DNA from: Snowella sp.
Lineage (GTDB): Bacteria; Cyanobacteriota; Cyanobacteriia; Cyanobacteriales; Microcystaceae
Direction: 5' to 3'
Assembly: GCA_035285545.1 (NCBI GenBank)
Contig: JAYKGY010000070.1
Coordinates: forward strand, 32,001-96,000
Length of the DNA stretch: 64,000 nucleotides
Part shown: positions 44,388-54,342 of the stretch, one piece after another
Position numbering within the stretch: the first letter of the stretch is position 1
Layout of the letters: every line of letters begins with the position of its first letter
The notes under the pieces: model-generated
The model's input: the letters and a program-made list of their open reading frames with translations, nothing else
Database searches by the model: none
Told to the model about the DNA's origin: nothing
Made by a program: the position numbers and the translations under genes

Positions 44388-44469
44388 AGATTTATCGATC
44401 ACAGCTAAGTATAAAGAAAAATCTAAATCGTTAATTTTATTATTTTGAGAACCTATAGAGGACTGCATT

Positions 44470-46107
44470 ATGAACACTCGCTTTAAACTAACTCTTATTC
44501 AATCTCTAAATCCCCGAAAAGTTAATCGTCATAAAGGCTTTGTTTTGCCAATGGCAATGATGGTAGGATTAGTCATCATCGTAGCAGGGACAGCAATGGT
44601 GATTCGCGCCCAAGGAAGCAAAAGTGAGGTTGTTTCCCAAGCCGATAAAACCAAGAGTTTGGCAGCCGCAGAGACGGGGCTAACACGAGTTCAGAATATG
44701 ATGAATAATGTTAAATTCATTGCCCTCTATCCAATGTCATCTTGGACTAGCGCAATGACATTATCAGCGGATAATAGCTCGGTCACTATTAATGATACAG
44801 ATTTAAATAATCTTGTTAATTCTGTCGCTGCCTCTACGGCTTGTTCCAGTAGTGGTACTGACGTAACCAATAAGGCAAATAATATCAAGGCCCAACTAGC
44901 AACCATTCGATTAGCAGCAAATGGAACCTTGACAGATATTGATCCAAATAATCCTGGTAAAGGGAAGTTTCGCTTAGTTGACTATACATATTCTGGAACA
45001 GCGGGTTCAATGCCAGGGAATACGGCTCAAACAGGTGGCTTTGTTATTGAAGGACAATCAGGTAACTCTGGGAATGCGGGTAAATCTCGAATTGCAGTCG
45101 AAGTTCCCATCAAGGGTTCTTCTCCCGTTGTGATTACGGATACTGCTCCTGGATTATGGATCAAAAAAGGTGGAATTAATACAACTGGTGCTGGTAGTAA
45201 CAGTTGGGAAGCATCTGGTACACCACTCGATCCTAACGGTAATGAATTTCAAGCTAATGTTTACTTCAGCAATTGCGATGGTGTGCTAAGTGATTCTTAT
45301 GTGGCAGCCGTTCAAAGTGAGCGGATCAACTCTCCCGCAACAACAGCGACTAAAACGAGTTTACCGTTTCCTAGTCTTCCATCTGCACCACCAAGTTCTG
45401 CAACAAACGTCACGGCTGCAACAACGCTTACTGGCTCTGGACTTACTGATATTGATGATGTTTATCACTATACCCTCACCAAAAGTAATTCATCAATATT
45501 TGTAACCGTTTCACCACCATCTGGTAAACAAATCTATGTTTACAATGATCTTGGTAATATCACCTCCGATACAACCTTACCTCGTACAGGTGATGTCCAA
45601 AGCTCTGATGGAAAATATCGTTATAAAGTTGGCAACATTAGCGGGAATACAGATGTAACTATCAATAGCTCTAGTGATCCTGATACCCAAAGTGGAGCGA
45701 ATCAAGGCGTTAGTCTTTATGTAACAGGAGATATTACCCTCAATGGGAATGCTGGAATGGTACATAGCTGCTCTTCTCTTTCTACCGATGCTGATAAAAT
45801 TGCTTGTGCCAATCGTTTCCAAATTTATGGCTATAAAAGTAATGGAGAAATCTGCTTAAAAGGAAATAGTGATACTTATGGCTATATTCTTGCTCCTGAT
45901 ACTAATTTAGGTAAAACAGGCAATGGATTATTTACAGGAAGTATTATTGCCCGTTCTTGGGGAAAAGATAACAATTGTGGCTCAAATAACGCCATTGCCG
46001 TAAGACAAGTTGGTACGTGGGCTGATCTTCCTCCTGAATTTCAACCAGCTACTTTCTCCCCTCAAGTCGGAAATCCGAAGACCTACAAGCAGCAAGCTGT
46101 CCAATAA
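44470..46107 (+). CDS. PilX-like large minor type IV pilin
   Basis: Basic leader KG|FVLPM plus a hydrophobic helix without Glu5; SLAAAETGL PilX motif; S/T/G/N-rich extracellular domain with Cys pairs. Confidence 0.75.
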   Translation: MNTRFKLTLIQSLNPRKVNRHKGFVLPMAMMVGLVIIVAGTAMVIRAQGSKSEVVSQADKTKSLAAAETGLTRVQNMMNNVKFIALYPMSSWTSAMTLSADNSSVTINDTDLNNLVNSVAASTACSSSGTDVTNKANNIKAQLATIRLAANGTLTDIDPNNPGKGKFRLVDYTYSGTAGSMPGNTAQTGGFVIEGQSGNSGNAGKSRIAVEVPIKGSSPVVITDTAPGLWIKKGGINTTGAGSNSWEASGTPLDPNGNEFQANVYFSNCDGVLSDSYVAAVQSERINSPATTATKTSLPFPSLPSAPPSSATNVTAATTLTGSGLTDIDDVYHYTLTKSNSSIFVTVSPPSGKQIYVYNDLGNITSDTTLPRTGDVQSSDGKYRYKVGNISGNTDVTINSSSDPDTQSGANQGVSLYVTGDITLNGNAGMVHSCSSLSTDADKIACANRFQIYGYKSNGEICLKGNSDTYGYILAPDTNLGKTGNGLFTGSIIARSWGKDNNCGSNNAIAVRQVGTWADLPPEFQPATFSPQVGNPKTYKQQAVQ

Positions 46108-46344
46108 CACTCAGTACTTTTGCTGCCGTAATTTAATGAATAAAAAATTAGATCATTGAATCAGACAGAAAAGTTGAATTTACATATTGCGATCGCTGTG
46201 GAATAGACTTCCTTGAGTAAGCTGTTGCTAGCGGCATCTAATTCGTTTTTTGTTGCTAGCAAAATACGGTCAATCTGCGGTGGTCTTATGAAACGTGATT
46301 GTTTTTTTTGGAAAAATTTATTTGAGAATGAGCGATCGCGTCCC

Positions 46345-46827
46345 TCAATCCTTAACTAACAAAACAACGCTATAGGAAGAAATTCCCTCTTCTTTCCCTT
46401 CTGGGCCGAGCTTTTCATTAGTGGTAGCCTTAATGCCAATTAAATCCGGTTCAATTCCCAAGGTTTTGGCTAAGGTTGCTTTCATCGTGGCAATGTGAGG
46501 CTTTAATTTAGGTTGTTCTGCCACAATCACCGAATCAATATTGCCAATCCGCCAGCCTCGATCTTGAATTAAACGGTAAACCTGTTCGAGTAGGTTTAAA
46601 CTATTGGCTCCTGCCCATTGCGGATCGGTTGGCGGAAAATACAGCCCAATATCCCCTAAACTCAAGGCTCCTAGCATCGCATCCATAATGGCATGGGTCA
46701 AAACATCGGCATCACTATGCCCCAATAAACCCAAACGGTGAGGAATTTTCACGCCGCCTAAGATGAGATCCCGTCCTTCGACTAAACAGTGGATATCGTA
46801 ACCATTACCAATACGAATATTAAACAT
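46345..46827 (-). CDS. ispF: 2-C-methyl-D-erythritol 2,4-cyclodiphosphate synthase
   Basis: [16 protein letters not shown] and [10 protein letters not shown]. Confidence 0.97.
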   Translation of the reverse strand: MFNIRIGNGYDIHCLVEGRDLILGGVKIPHRLGLLGHSDADVLTHAIMDAMLGALSLGDIGLYFPPTDPQWAGANSLNLLEQVYRLIQDRGWRIGNIDSVIVAEQPKLKPHIATMKATLAKTLGIEPDLIGIKATTNEKLGPEGKEEGISSYSVVLLVKD

Positions 46828-46836
46828 GATGAAATT

Positions 46837-46870
46837 TAGTTAATAGTTAATAGTTAATAGTTAATAGTTA
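46837..46870. repeat. Heptamer tandem repeat (TAGTTAA), about 5 copies, STRR-like
   Basis: Four perfect units and one partial unit, seen directly. Confidence 0.85.
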
Positions 46871-46988
46871 TTGTTAGAGGAATAGGGGGGATCAGAAGTC
46901 AATTTAGGTGGAAGTTGATTTAAGTAAATTGGTTAGCACGTAAAGAGTCCAGTTACTTGCAAACCAAATAATGGCCCTTGTAACTTAT

Positions 46989-47375
46989 TTAGAAGTTAGA
47001 TTGAATTACTGCTTCGCGAATAGGGGGTTCTCCATCTGTGCCGATGATAAAGTGTCTAGAATCAATAATGAAATTGTTTTTACCATCAGATCCTCTAAAT
47101 CTTTGTCCTTCCTTTTCCACAGGCACTTTACGATAGCCAGTCCCATCCAAGTAGGTCATGATTAACTGAAAAGTTGCTTCGCCTAAACAGATTGTTACTA
47201 AATAACTTTTGGTTCTAAATAAAGCATAGGCAGGTTGAAGACCACAAACACTATGGGCGATCGCGGGCTGATGGATGGGAGGAATTAAGGCTATTGCACC
47301 GACTAGCCCTAAACCGACTAGGCAAGACTTAATCACCACAGATTTAGAAAAAGCCGTCATACGATTTAAATTCAT
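46989..47375 (-). CDS. Hypothetical exported protein
   Basis: Hydrophobic N-terminal segment ending PAIA; 128 aa. Confidence 0.6.
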   Translation of the reverse strand: MNLNRMTAFSKSVVIKSCLVGLGLVGAIALIPPIHQPAIAHSVCGLQPAYALFRTKSYLVTICLGEATFQLIMTYLDGTGYRKVPVEKEGQRFRGSDGKNNFIIDSRHFIIGTDGEPPIREAVIQSNF

Positions 47376-47435
47376 GATTCTGTTCCTATTGTAGCCAAAG
47401 GGATAACTCGCTTATTTTACCCATTGATATTCTCT

Positions 47436-47473
47436 AACAAAAACTCACCGTATCCCGTGATGAGATGGGTGAG
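47436..47473 (-). terminator. Intrinsic terminator of ho1
   Basis: Minus strand CTCACC...GGTGAG stem followed by TTTTTGTT. Confidence 0.65.
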
Positions 47474-47509
47474 CTTCTATGGGAATGAGTAAATTAGGGT
47501 GGCTGAATG

Positions 47510-48232
47510 TTACTGTTCTGCAACAGCTAATTCGGTTTCTGTGCTGCCTTGGGTACGACGACGAGTAAGGGTATTGAAGAGCATAACGCCGATCGCTTTG
47601 ATCAGATTTCCTTCTAACTCATTAAACATTTTCATGTTCATCCCAAAGGCTGCATTGGCTTCATCCACAATCCGTTCCGCCGTTGCTTGGTCGATGGGGA
47701 GATCGTTCATGGCTTGACGATATTTGTTTTTAAACGCTTTTTCATCGGAAATATCAGCAAATTCATAGAATGCGGTGCCACCATCTTGTAAATTCATGGC
47801 ATTTTGAGCAATCTTTTTGAGAATTTGACCGCCGGATAAGTCGCCTAAGTAACGGGTATAGGAGTGTGCAACCAATAATTCAGGCTCTTTCGCCGCGATT
47901 TCATGAATGCGATCCACGTAAGCTTGACCGGCTTCGGAAATTTTAACTTCCTGCCGCCAGTTGGGCCCGTAATAGAACTGTAAATCTTTTTCTAAACTTT
48001 GTTTACGGTTAAGTTCGGGATAATAAATTTGGGAAACGATGGGGTGTTCGCGTAACTTTTCCATCTCTTCTTCAATGGCACTGTAGACGAAGTAGAGATT
48101 TCCGACCAACTTGCGATAGGAATTTTTTTCGACAACACCTTTTAAAAAGCATTTCACAAAACCGACGTTTTCCGCCATTGAGTGGGATTTTTTGGTTCCT
48201 TCGCGTAATTGGGTGGCTAAATTGACGCTCAT
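47510..48232 (-). CDS. ho1: Heme oxygenase 1 (biliverdin-producing)
   Basis: LREGTKKSHSMAEN and HSYTRYLGDLSGGQIL. Confidence 0.93.
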   Translation of the reverse strand: MSVNLATQLREGTKKSHSMAENVGFVKCFLKGVVEKNSYRKLVGNLYFVYSAIEEEMEKLREHPIVSQIYYPELNRKQSLEKDLQFYYGPNWRQEVKISEAGQAYVDRIHEIAAKEPELLVAHSYTRYLGDLSGGQILKKIAQNAMNLQDGGTAFYEFADISDEKAFKNKYRQAMNDLPIDQATAERIVDEANAAFGMNMKMFNELEGNLIKAIGVMLFNTLTRRRTQGSTETELAVAEQ

Positions 48233-48480
48233 GCTTATAAAGTCCTGTAAAGTTTGGGTTAACTAAGTTAGTGGCTTGTTAAAAGGCTTAATAATTTCGC
48301 CTAATTTATTAACTTAAACTGGATTGATGAGAATTTCTGTTAAGTTTTCTTACAAAATGGATGGCAAGATTGTTATCTTTTTGTGGTTGATGGGGGTGTT
48401 GTCTTTCATAGATGAATTCAATAGGAAAAAACCAATAGATAGCAGTCTGTTAAGGAAATTGAGGCGATCGCCAAACGGGA

Positions 48481-49410
48481 CTAAAACGCAGTTAAATTCG
48501 GGTTGGCTTCTAATTTTTGGATTTCATCTTTGACAGCGTTATATTCATGATTGACTTGAATCGCAACGGATTGGGGCAATTGATCAATCTTTTGCTGTGC
48601 CCGTTCAAAATAGAACTGAGAAGCTTTGAGTTGTCCTATATTTTTACTGGCTCGTCCTTGAATTCTTAATAATTGGCCTTTGAGATATTGCAATTCAGGG
48701 TTTTCTGGGGTTTCCGCGATCGCTTTCTCCAAATATTCCATTGCCTTATCGTATTTTTTGAGATCCCGATAGGTCGTCGTGAGGGCACGATTTCTTAAAT
48801 AGGAAGGCGAGGCGTATTTTTCAAAGCGACCAATCACTTTATCGGATTGGGAAAACGGCGTGTATTTCGATAAAAACAAATCCAAATAGCCCTGTAATAA
48901 GTTTAATTCGGGATCATTAGCATCGATTTTAGCGGCGGATTCTAAATGATCAAAGACTTTGCCCGTTTTGCTGACCGCTTCGAGATAGCTGCCTTTTTTG
49001 AGTAAATAAGCACCTTCTAAAAAGTGACCAACCGCTAGGTAAAGATTTCCGCGTAGGGGATCTTGGGTTTTTAGCTTTTCTGCCATTTCTAAGGTTTTGG
49101 TTGCATAGACTCTCATTTGCTCTAAATCAGCCGCATCATAGTACATGGATGCTTGCATGGCGTAGATCAGCGGTTCACTGCTTCTTTGCTGAATAGCATC
49201 GTTCAAATACCGACGGGCTTCTTTATAATTTCCTTCTCGAAAAATGGCGACAAAAGCGGCTTCGGTGGTGCTGTCAATATTCCGGGGATTGGTTGACCGA
49301 AACGGATCGCCCGCCCAAGCGTTATTGGCCCCGAAACCTGCGATCACGGCGATCGCGAAGGATAAAACAACAGAGAGACCGTTGCCCAATTTTCTGTCAA
49401 TGACCATCAT
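48481..49410 (-). CDS. Sll0314/Alr1548-family exported TPR protein
   Basis: Signal peptide AWA|GDPFR; RGNLYLAVGHFLEG and DPELNL..GY. Confidence 0.8.
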   Translation of the reverse strand: MMVIDRKLGNGLSVVLSFAIAVIAGFGANNAWAGDPFRSTNPRNIDSTTEAAFVAIFREGNYKEARRYLNDAIQQRSSEPLIYAMQASMYYDAADLEQMRVYATKTLEMAEKLKTQDPLRGNLYLAVGHFLEGAYLLKKGSYLEAVSKTGKVFDHLESAAKIDANDPELNLLQGYLDLFLSKYTPFSQSDKVIGRFEKYASPSYLRNRALTTTYRDLKKYDKAMEYLEKAIAETPENPELQYLKGQLLRIQGRASKNIGQLKASQFYFERAQQKIDQLPQSVAIQVNHEYNAVKDEIQKLEANPNLTAF

Positions 49411-49736
49411 TATTCTCCTAGAAATTTTAAGATTAAGACTGAAATAGCGTTTTGGGAGTATGCCCTTGACTTTCTCCGTTTTCCGAAAAAGACAAAAGTG
49501 CTAAACCGTTAACCCCCCAAGGTCTAATCTTTCCTATCCGATGTTAGCAAATTCACTTTTGGATGTGTTCCGAGAGACTTGCTCAGGGGAAGCTTACAAT
49601 AAACAAAAAGACAATGGCTTTGCTTGATTCCGCTACCCAGCGTAAAAACAGGGATAAGATAGATTAAAACAGCCGATTAAAAAAGTTAAAAAAGCAGCTT
49701 TCTAGCGATTATTTTAGGTTGATTCTTGTAAAATTA

Positions 49737-50396
49737 ATGCTCTATTTAAAAAACGTCAGCTATCATCCTCCCGCGACCGAAACCCCCATTTTAAATCAGG
49801 TCAATTTAGAACTGGCTCCGCAAGAGTTAGGTTTAATCATTGGCCCAAGCGGATCGGGAAAAACGACTTTATTAGAGATTTTAGCGGGATTGGCTGAAAA
49901 AACAAGTGGTGAAATTTTTTGGCGGGATCAGGAATTAACGCCGCTCCATCTTCAACAGTTGGGGGGATTAGTTTTCCAATTTCCTGAACGGCATTTTTGT
50001 GGGGGAACGATTTTAGAAGAATTGCGGTTAGGTCATCCTGAAATTAACAGCGATCGCTTAAAACAAGCTTTGGTCGAAGTCGGGCTAGACCACGTAAGTT
50101 TTCAAGAATCCCCCCATGCTCTCAGTGGGGGTCAACAACGGCGACTTTCTTTGGCTGTGCAACTGATCCGTCAACCCAATTTACTATTGCTGGATGAACC
50201 GACGGCAGGCTTGGATTGGTCGATGCGTCGTCAGTTAGCCAAATTACTACACAAATTAAAGTCCCATTGGACATTGCTAATTGTGAGCCACGATCCCAAT
50301 GAATTGCTCCATATTGCCGATCGCTGTTGGAAAATTGATCACGGCATTCTCGCTGCCATTGATCCCATAAATTTATTGACCCCAAAAATAGGATAG
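49737..50396 (+). CDS. ABC transporter ATP-binding protein (ECF/CbiO-like)
   Basis: GPSGSGKT, VFQFPE, LSGGQ and LLLDEPTAGLD. Confidence 0.92.
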   Translation: MLYLKNVSYHPPATETPILNQVNLELAPQELGLIIGPSGSGKTTLLEILAGLAEKTSGEIFWRDQELTPLHLQQLGGLVFQFPERHFCGGTILEELRLGHPEINSDRLKQALVEVGLDHVSFQESPHALSGGQQRRLSLAVQLIRQPNLLLLDEPTAGLDWSMRRQLAKLLHKLKSHWTLLIVSHDPNELLHIADRCWKIDHGILAAIDPINLLTPKIG

Positions 50397-50426
50397 GATT
50401 AACCCGATTCCTTCAGTCCCGCAATT

Positions 50427-51164
50427 ATGACCGAGCTTTTATCCCTGCCCCATACCCCTGAAATCTGGCAACAGACCTTAAATTGGCAACCAAATGAGCA
50501 ACAATGGCAACAGTTTCAACACCTTTATGACTGTGTTTTAGAGGGCAATAAACGTTTCAATTTGACCCGTATTACCGATCCCTTGGATTTTTTGGAAAAG
50601 CATTTGTGGGATTCGTTAGCGGGCTTGATGTTAACCGATACCCTCAAACGAGATGAAGCTTACAAAGTTATGGATATTGGTACGGGGGCAGGCTTTCCTG
50701 GATTACCGACGGCAATCGTTTGTCCTGAATGGACAGTGACTCTCCTTGATTCTACCCGTAAGAAAATTGATTTTTTAGTAACGGTTTTACAGGCATTAGC
50801 CCTACGCAACGGCAAAACCTTATTGGGTCGCTCTGAAGTCATGGGACGCGATCGCCGCAATCGAGAAAAATTTGACCTAGCCTTAATTCGGGCCGTGGGA
50901 GAAGCATCGGTTTGTGCCGAATATAGCTTACCGTTACTCAAATTAGGTGGGTTAGCCATTCTCTATCGGGGTCATTGGACAGAAGAGGATACGGAAAAAT
51001 TCTTACCCAGTTTGGCGGAATTGGGCGGAACCCTAGAACAAATTAAAACCATTGAAACGCCTTGGAGTCAGGGGATTCGGAATTTTATTTATCTTAGAAA
51101 AATTCAGCCAACTCCGTCTAGTTATCCCCGTGCAACTGGAATTCCGACTCAAAAACCGCTTTAA
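50427..51164 (+). CDS. rsmG: 16S rRNA m7G527 methyltransferase
   Basis: FNLTRI, KHLWDSL and DIGTGAGFPG. Confidence 0.95.
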   Translation: MTELLSLPHTPEIWQQTLNWQPNEQQWQQFQHLYDCVLEGNKRFNLTRITDPLDFLEKHLWDSLAGLMLTDTLKRDEAYKVMDIGTGAGFPGLPTAIVCPEWTVTLLDSTRKKIDFLVTVLQALALRNGKTLLGRSEVMGRDRRNREKFDLALIRAVGEASVCAEYSLPLLKLGGLAILYRGHWTEEDTEKFLPSLAELGGTLEQIKTIETPWSQGIRNFIYLRKIQPTPSSYPRATGIPTQKPL

Positions 51165-51218
51165 TCTCGCTTTCATTCTCTAATTGATAGAATTTAAAAA
51201 ACTTGGGACAATTAACCG

Positions 51219-51812
51219 ATGGAAGCTTTTACTCTCAATGTTCCCGCTGCTGTCGCTTTAACCGATGAACAGTTTTATCAACTGGCGATCGCGAATGAGC
51301 CTTGGCAACTCGAACTCAGTGGCACAGGAGAATTAAGTATTATGGCTCCGACAGGGGGAGAAAGTGGCATTAGGAATGCGGATTTAACGACAGAATTAAC
51401 CCTCTGGAACCGAAAGAGCAAACTAGGCAAAGTTTTTGATTCTTCAACTGAATTTAAATTACCCAATGGAGCCTATCGTTGTCCTGATGTTGCTTGGGTG
51501 CAGTTAGACCGCTGGCAAGCTTTAACCCCAGAACAAAGACAAAAATTTCCGCCGATTTGTCCTGATTTTGTGATTGAGTTACGCTCAGAAAGTGATTCTC
51601 TCAGTAAATTGCGCCAAAAAATGCGAGAGTATCAACACAATGGCGTGCGGTTAGCCTGGTTAATCGATCCTCAAACTCTGTTAGTAGAAATTTATCGGCA
51701 GGGTCACGACCAGGAAACGTTAACGTTTTCAATGGATAATATCCCAACGCTTTCCGGCGAGACTGTTTTACCTGGGTTTGTTTTAGAACTGGCTTTAATT
51801 TTGAATCCTTAA
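51219..51812 (+). CDS. Uma2-family (DUF820) putative endonuclease
   Basis: GELSIMAPTGG, PDVAWV and CPDFVIELRS. Confidence 0.92.
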   Translation: MEAFTLNVPAAVALTDEQFYQLAIANEPWQLELSGTGELSIMAPTGGESGIRNADLTTELTLWNRKSKLGKVFDSSTEFKLPNGAYRCPDVAWVQLDRWQALTPEQRQKFPPICPDFVIELRSESDSLSKLRQKMREYQHNGVRLAWLIDPQTLLVEIYRQGHDQETLTFSMDNIPTLSGETVLPGFVLELALILNP

Positions 51813-51899
51813 AATCTTGGTTTCGGCGATCGCGGAGGGATGATTTCTGCTAACTTTTAGCAAGTATTTGCCAATGTCATCCTCATCTATCTCATATTT

Positions 51900-52295
51900 A
51901 TGTACCTTTATCCCAGCCTAATCACTGCCTTAACCACCTTGCTGTATCTAGTTCTCAGCGTTAATGTCGGTCGAGCCAGAGCCAAGTATAAAATTATGCC
52001 CCCTGCCATGTCGGGTAATGAAGACTTCGAGCGGGTTGTGCGAGTCCAACAAAACACGTTAGAACAATTGGTTTTCTTTTTCCCTGTCCTGTGGTTGTTT
52101 TCCGTTTATGTCAGTCCGATCTGGGGAGCAGGAATTGGTGCGCTTTGGATTATTGGACGCATTATTTTTGCCTGGGGTTATTACCAAGCCGCTGAAAAAC
52201 GAATTGCCGGTTTTGCCATCAGTATCCTGAGCAGTATGACCTTACTCTTAGGCTCGTTAGTTAGCATCGGCTTACAATTATTTCAGACCTTTTAA
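51900..52295 (+). CDS. MAPEG-family membrane protein (LTC4S/MGST2-like)
   Basis: VGRARAKY, FERVVRVQQNTLE and GRII..WGY. Confidence 0.9.
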   Translation: MYLYPSLITALTTLLYLVLSVNVGRARAKYKIMPPAMSGNEDFERVVRVQQNTLEQLVFFFPVLWLFSVYVSPIWGAGIGALWIIGRIIFAWGYYQAAEKRIAGFAISILSSMTLLLGSLVSIGLQLFQTF

Positions 52296-52423
52296 TTGGC
52301 TAACTTCATCGTTTTTAGAGATTTGTCGCGATCGCGCATGGGATTAATCTCTCAGAATCGCAAACGAAGCTTGTCCAACCCCAACGGGCTATAATAACAA
52401 CCGCAATTTAGGGATGTATCGGT

Positions 52424-53818
52424 ATGATCGCTGGTTTAAAACAGGTGATGTTGACGAATTTTTCTCCGTCTCAGTGGCGGCAAAGCAGTTATCTCTATCA
52501 ACTGGTCGGAATGTTCGGGCATTGGCGAGAGGGTAGCTATTTGATGCAGTGGTCGGAAGCGATCGCGGCCTTACTAATTAGTCTCGTCTATATCGTTGGC
52601 CCTTTTACGTCAACCAGCCTGATCGGTGTTTTACTGTCCATTTTAGGCCTGTATTGGGGATTATTAACCGTAGCCGATACCCGCAATAACAGTGGCATTA
52701 CCCCGATTCATCTTCTGGTTTTTCTCTATTGGGGAATCTCAGCCGTTGCCGTTAGCTTTTCTCCTGTGAAAATGGCAGCTTTAGTGGGTTTTGGCAAATT
52801 AAGCTTAAATTTATTTTTATTTTTAATTGCCGCTAGGGTTCTGCGATCGCCGGTGTTTTTAAATCGTCTGATCACCGTGATCTTATTGGTGGGATTGATT
52901 GTCAGTTCCTATGGCATCCGGCAACAAATTGATGGGGTTGAACAACTCGCTACCTGGAATGATCCCACCTCGGAAATGGCAGGAGCCACTAGGGTTTATA
53001 GCTATTTGGGCAATCCCAATTTATTAGCCGCTTATTTATTACCCATTTTGGCCTTTAGTATTGCTGCCCTTTTTGTCTGGCGCAGAGGACTTCCCAAAGT
53101 GTTAGCGGGAATCATGGTGATTATTAATGTGGCTTGTATTTACTTTACCCAGAGTCGGGGGGGATGGCTCGGTATGGTGGGGGTACTGGCAGCCTTTTTG
53201 ATTTTGTCCTATCTGTGGTGGCGCGATTCTCTTCCCCCCTTTTGGCAACGTTGGTTATTGCCCATTTCCTTTGGAGGCGTTGGAATTCTGTTTATTTTAG
53301 GGTTGTTGTTGGTGGCACCGTTACGAATGCGAGTTCTCAGTCTTTTTGCAGGTCGGGCGGATAGTAGTAATAATTTTCGGATTAATGTCTGGGAGGGGGT
53401 AAAAAGTATGATCCGCGATCGCCCCATTCTCGGTATTGGGCCAGGCAATACGGCCTTTAATAAAATTTATCCCCTCTATATGCGTCCTAAATACAGCGCA
53501 TTGAGTGCCTATTCCGTCTATTTAGAAATTTTGGTTGAAACCGGATTCATTGGCTTTATCTGTTTTATGTGGTTGTTGCTGGTCACCATTAGCCACGGAG
53601 TTCGTCAAATTATCGCCCTACGCCAATCTTTAAACCTGCAAGGATTCTGGGTTATTGCCACGCTGTCAGGCATGGCCGGCCTATTAGTGAATGGCATTGC
53701 TGATACCGTTTGGTATCGTCCCCAGGTCAGTACCCTTTGGTGGTTATTAATCGCCATTATTGCCAGCCAATATTCCTATCTAGCGAAAAAAACACCGATA
53801 GCAACGACAGAAGTTTAA
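52424..53818 (+). CDS. ictB: IctB family (O-antigen ligase-like) membrane protein
   Basis: QLATWND, RVYSYLGNPNLLA, DSSNNFRINVW and DTVWYRP. Confidence 0.92.
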   Translation: MIAGLKQVMLTNFSPSQWRQSSYLYQLVGMFGHWREGSYLMQWSEAIAALLISLVYIVGPFTSTSLIGVLLSILGLYWGLLTVADTRNNSGITPIHLLVFLYWGISAVAVSFSPVKMAALVGFGKLSLNLFLFLIAARVLRSPVFLNRLITVILLVGLIVSSYGIRQQIDGVEQLATWNDPTSEMAGATRVYSYLGNPNLLAAYLLPILAFSIAALFVWRRGLPKVLAGIMVIINVACIYFTQSRGGWLGMVGVLAAFLILSYLWWRDSLPPFWQRWLLPISFGGVGILFILGLLLVAPLRMRVLSLFAGRADSSNNFRINVWEGVKSMIRDRPILGIGPGNTAFNKIYPLYMRPKYSALSAYSVYLEILVETGFIGFICFMWLLLVTISHGVRQIIALRQSLNLQGFWVIATLSGMAGLLVNGIADTVWYRPQVSTLWWLLIAIIASQYSYLAKKTPIATTEV

Positions 53819-53834
53819 ATTCTTTCAATCTGCC

Positions 53835-54320
53835 ATGAATCAGTTATCCTTTCCCGAACCCTGTGCTGAAAATGCCTATTTAGCGGAACATATTCACCTC
53901 ATGCAGGAGAGTTTACGCCAATCAACCAAGCGAGATTTTACTGATTGCGGGTTAAAGATAACTGCAAATTTAGCTAAGGATATTTATTACGCGCCTTTTG
54001 TCGTTGTTTCCCACAATACCGACCCCGACCCCATTTTTAACTACGCTAATTTAACGGCTCAAAAGCTCTTTGAAATGACCTGGCAAGAATTTACGGCCCT
54101 TCCTTCCCGTCAATCTGCCGAACCTCCGAATCAAGACGAACGCGCTCAGTTATTAGAAACTGTAGCCACTAAAGGCTTTTGTGAAAACTATACGGGGATT
54201 CGCATTTCTAAAAATCAACGTCGATTTTACATTCAAGACGCTTTAGTTTGGAACTTAGTAGATTTAGCGCAAAAATACTATGGACAAGCGGCAATTTGCC
54301 ATCGTTGGCAATATTTATAG
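53835..54320 (+). CDS. Standalone MEKHLA (PAS-like) domain protein
   Basis: VVSH....DPIFNYAN, LPSR.SAE, Y.GIRIS...RRF.I..A.VWNL and GQAA. Confidence 0.9.
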   Translation: MNQLSFPEPCAENAYLAEHIHLMQESLRQSTKRDFTDCGLKITANLAKDIYYAPFVVVSHNTDPDPIFNYANLTAQKLFEMTWQEFTALPSRQSAEPPNQDERAQLLETVATKGFCENYTGIRISKNQRRFYIQDALVWNLVDLAQKYYGQAAICHRWQYL

Positions 54321-54342
54321 GTTTTTTATCCCAAATTAATAC

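Noticed and set aside
44201..44403. Repeated AAATCAC motifs as a CRISPR array
   Set aside because: Repeats are too short and degenerate, spacing is irregular and there are no cas genes; CRP boxes explain them better
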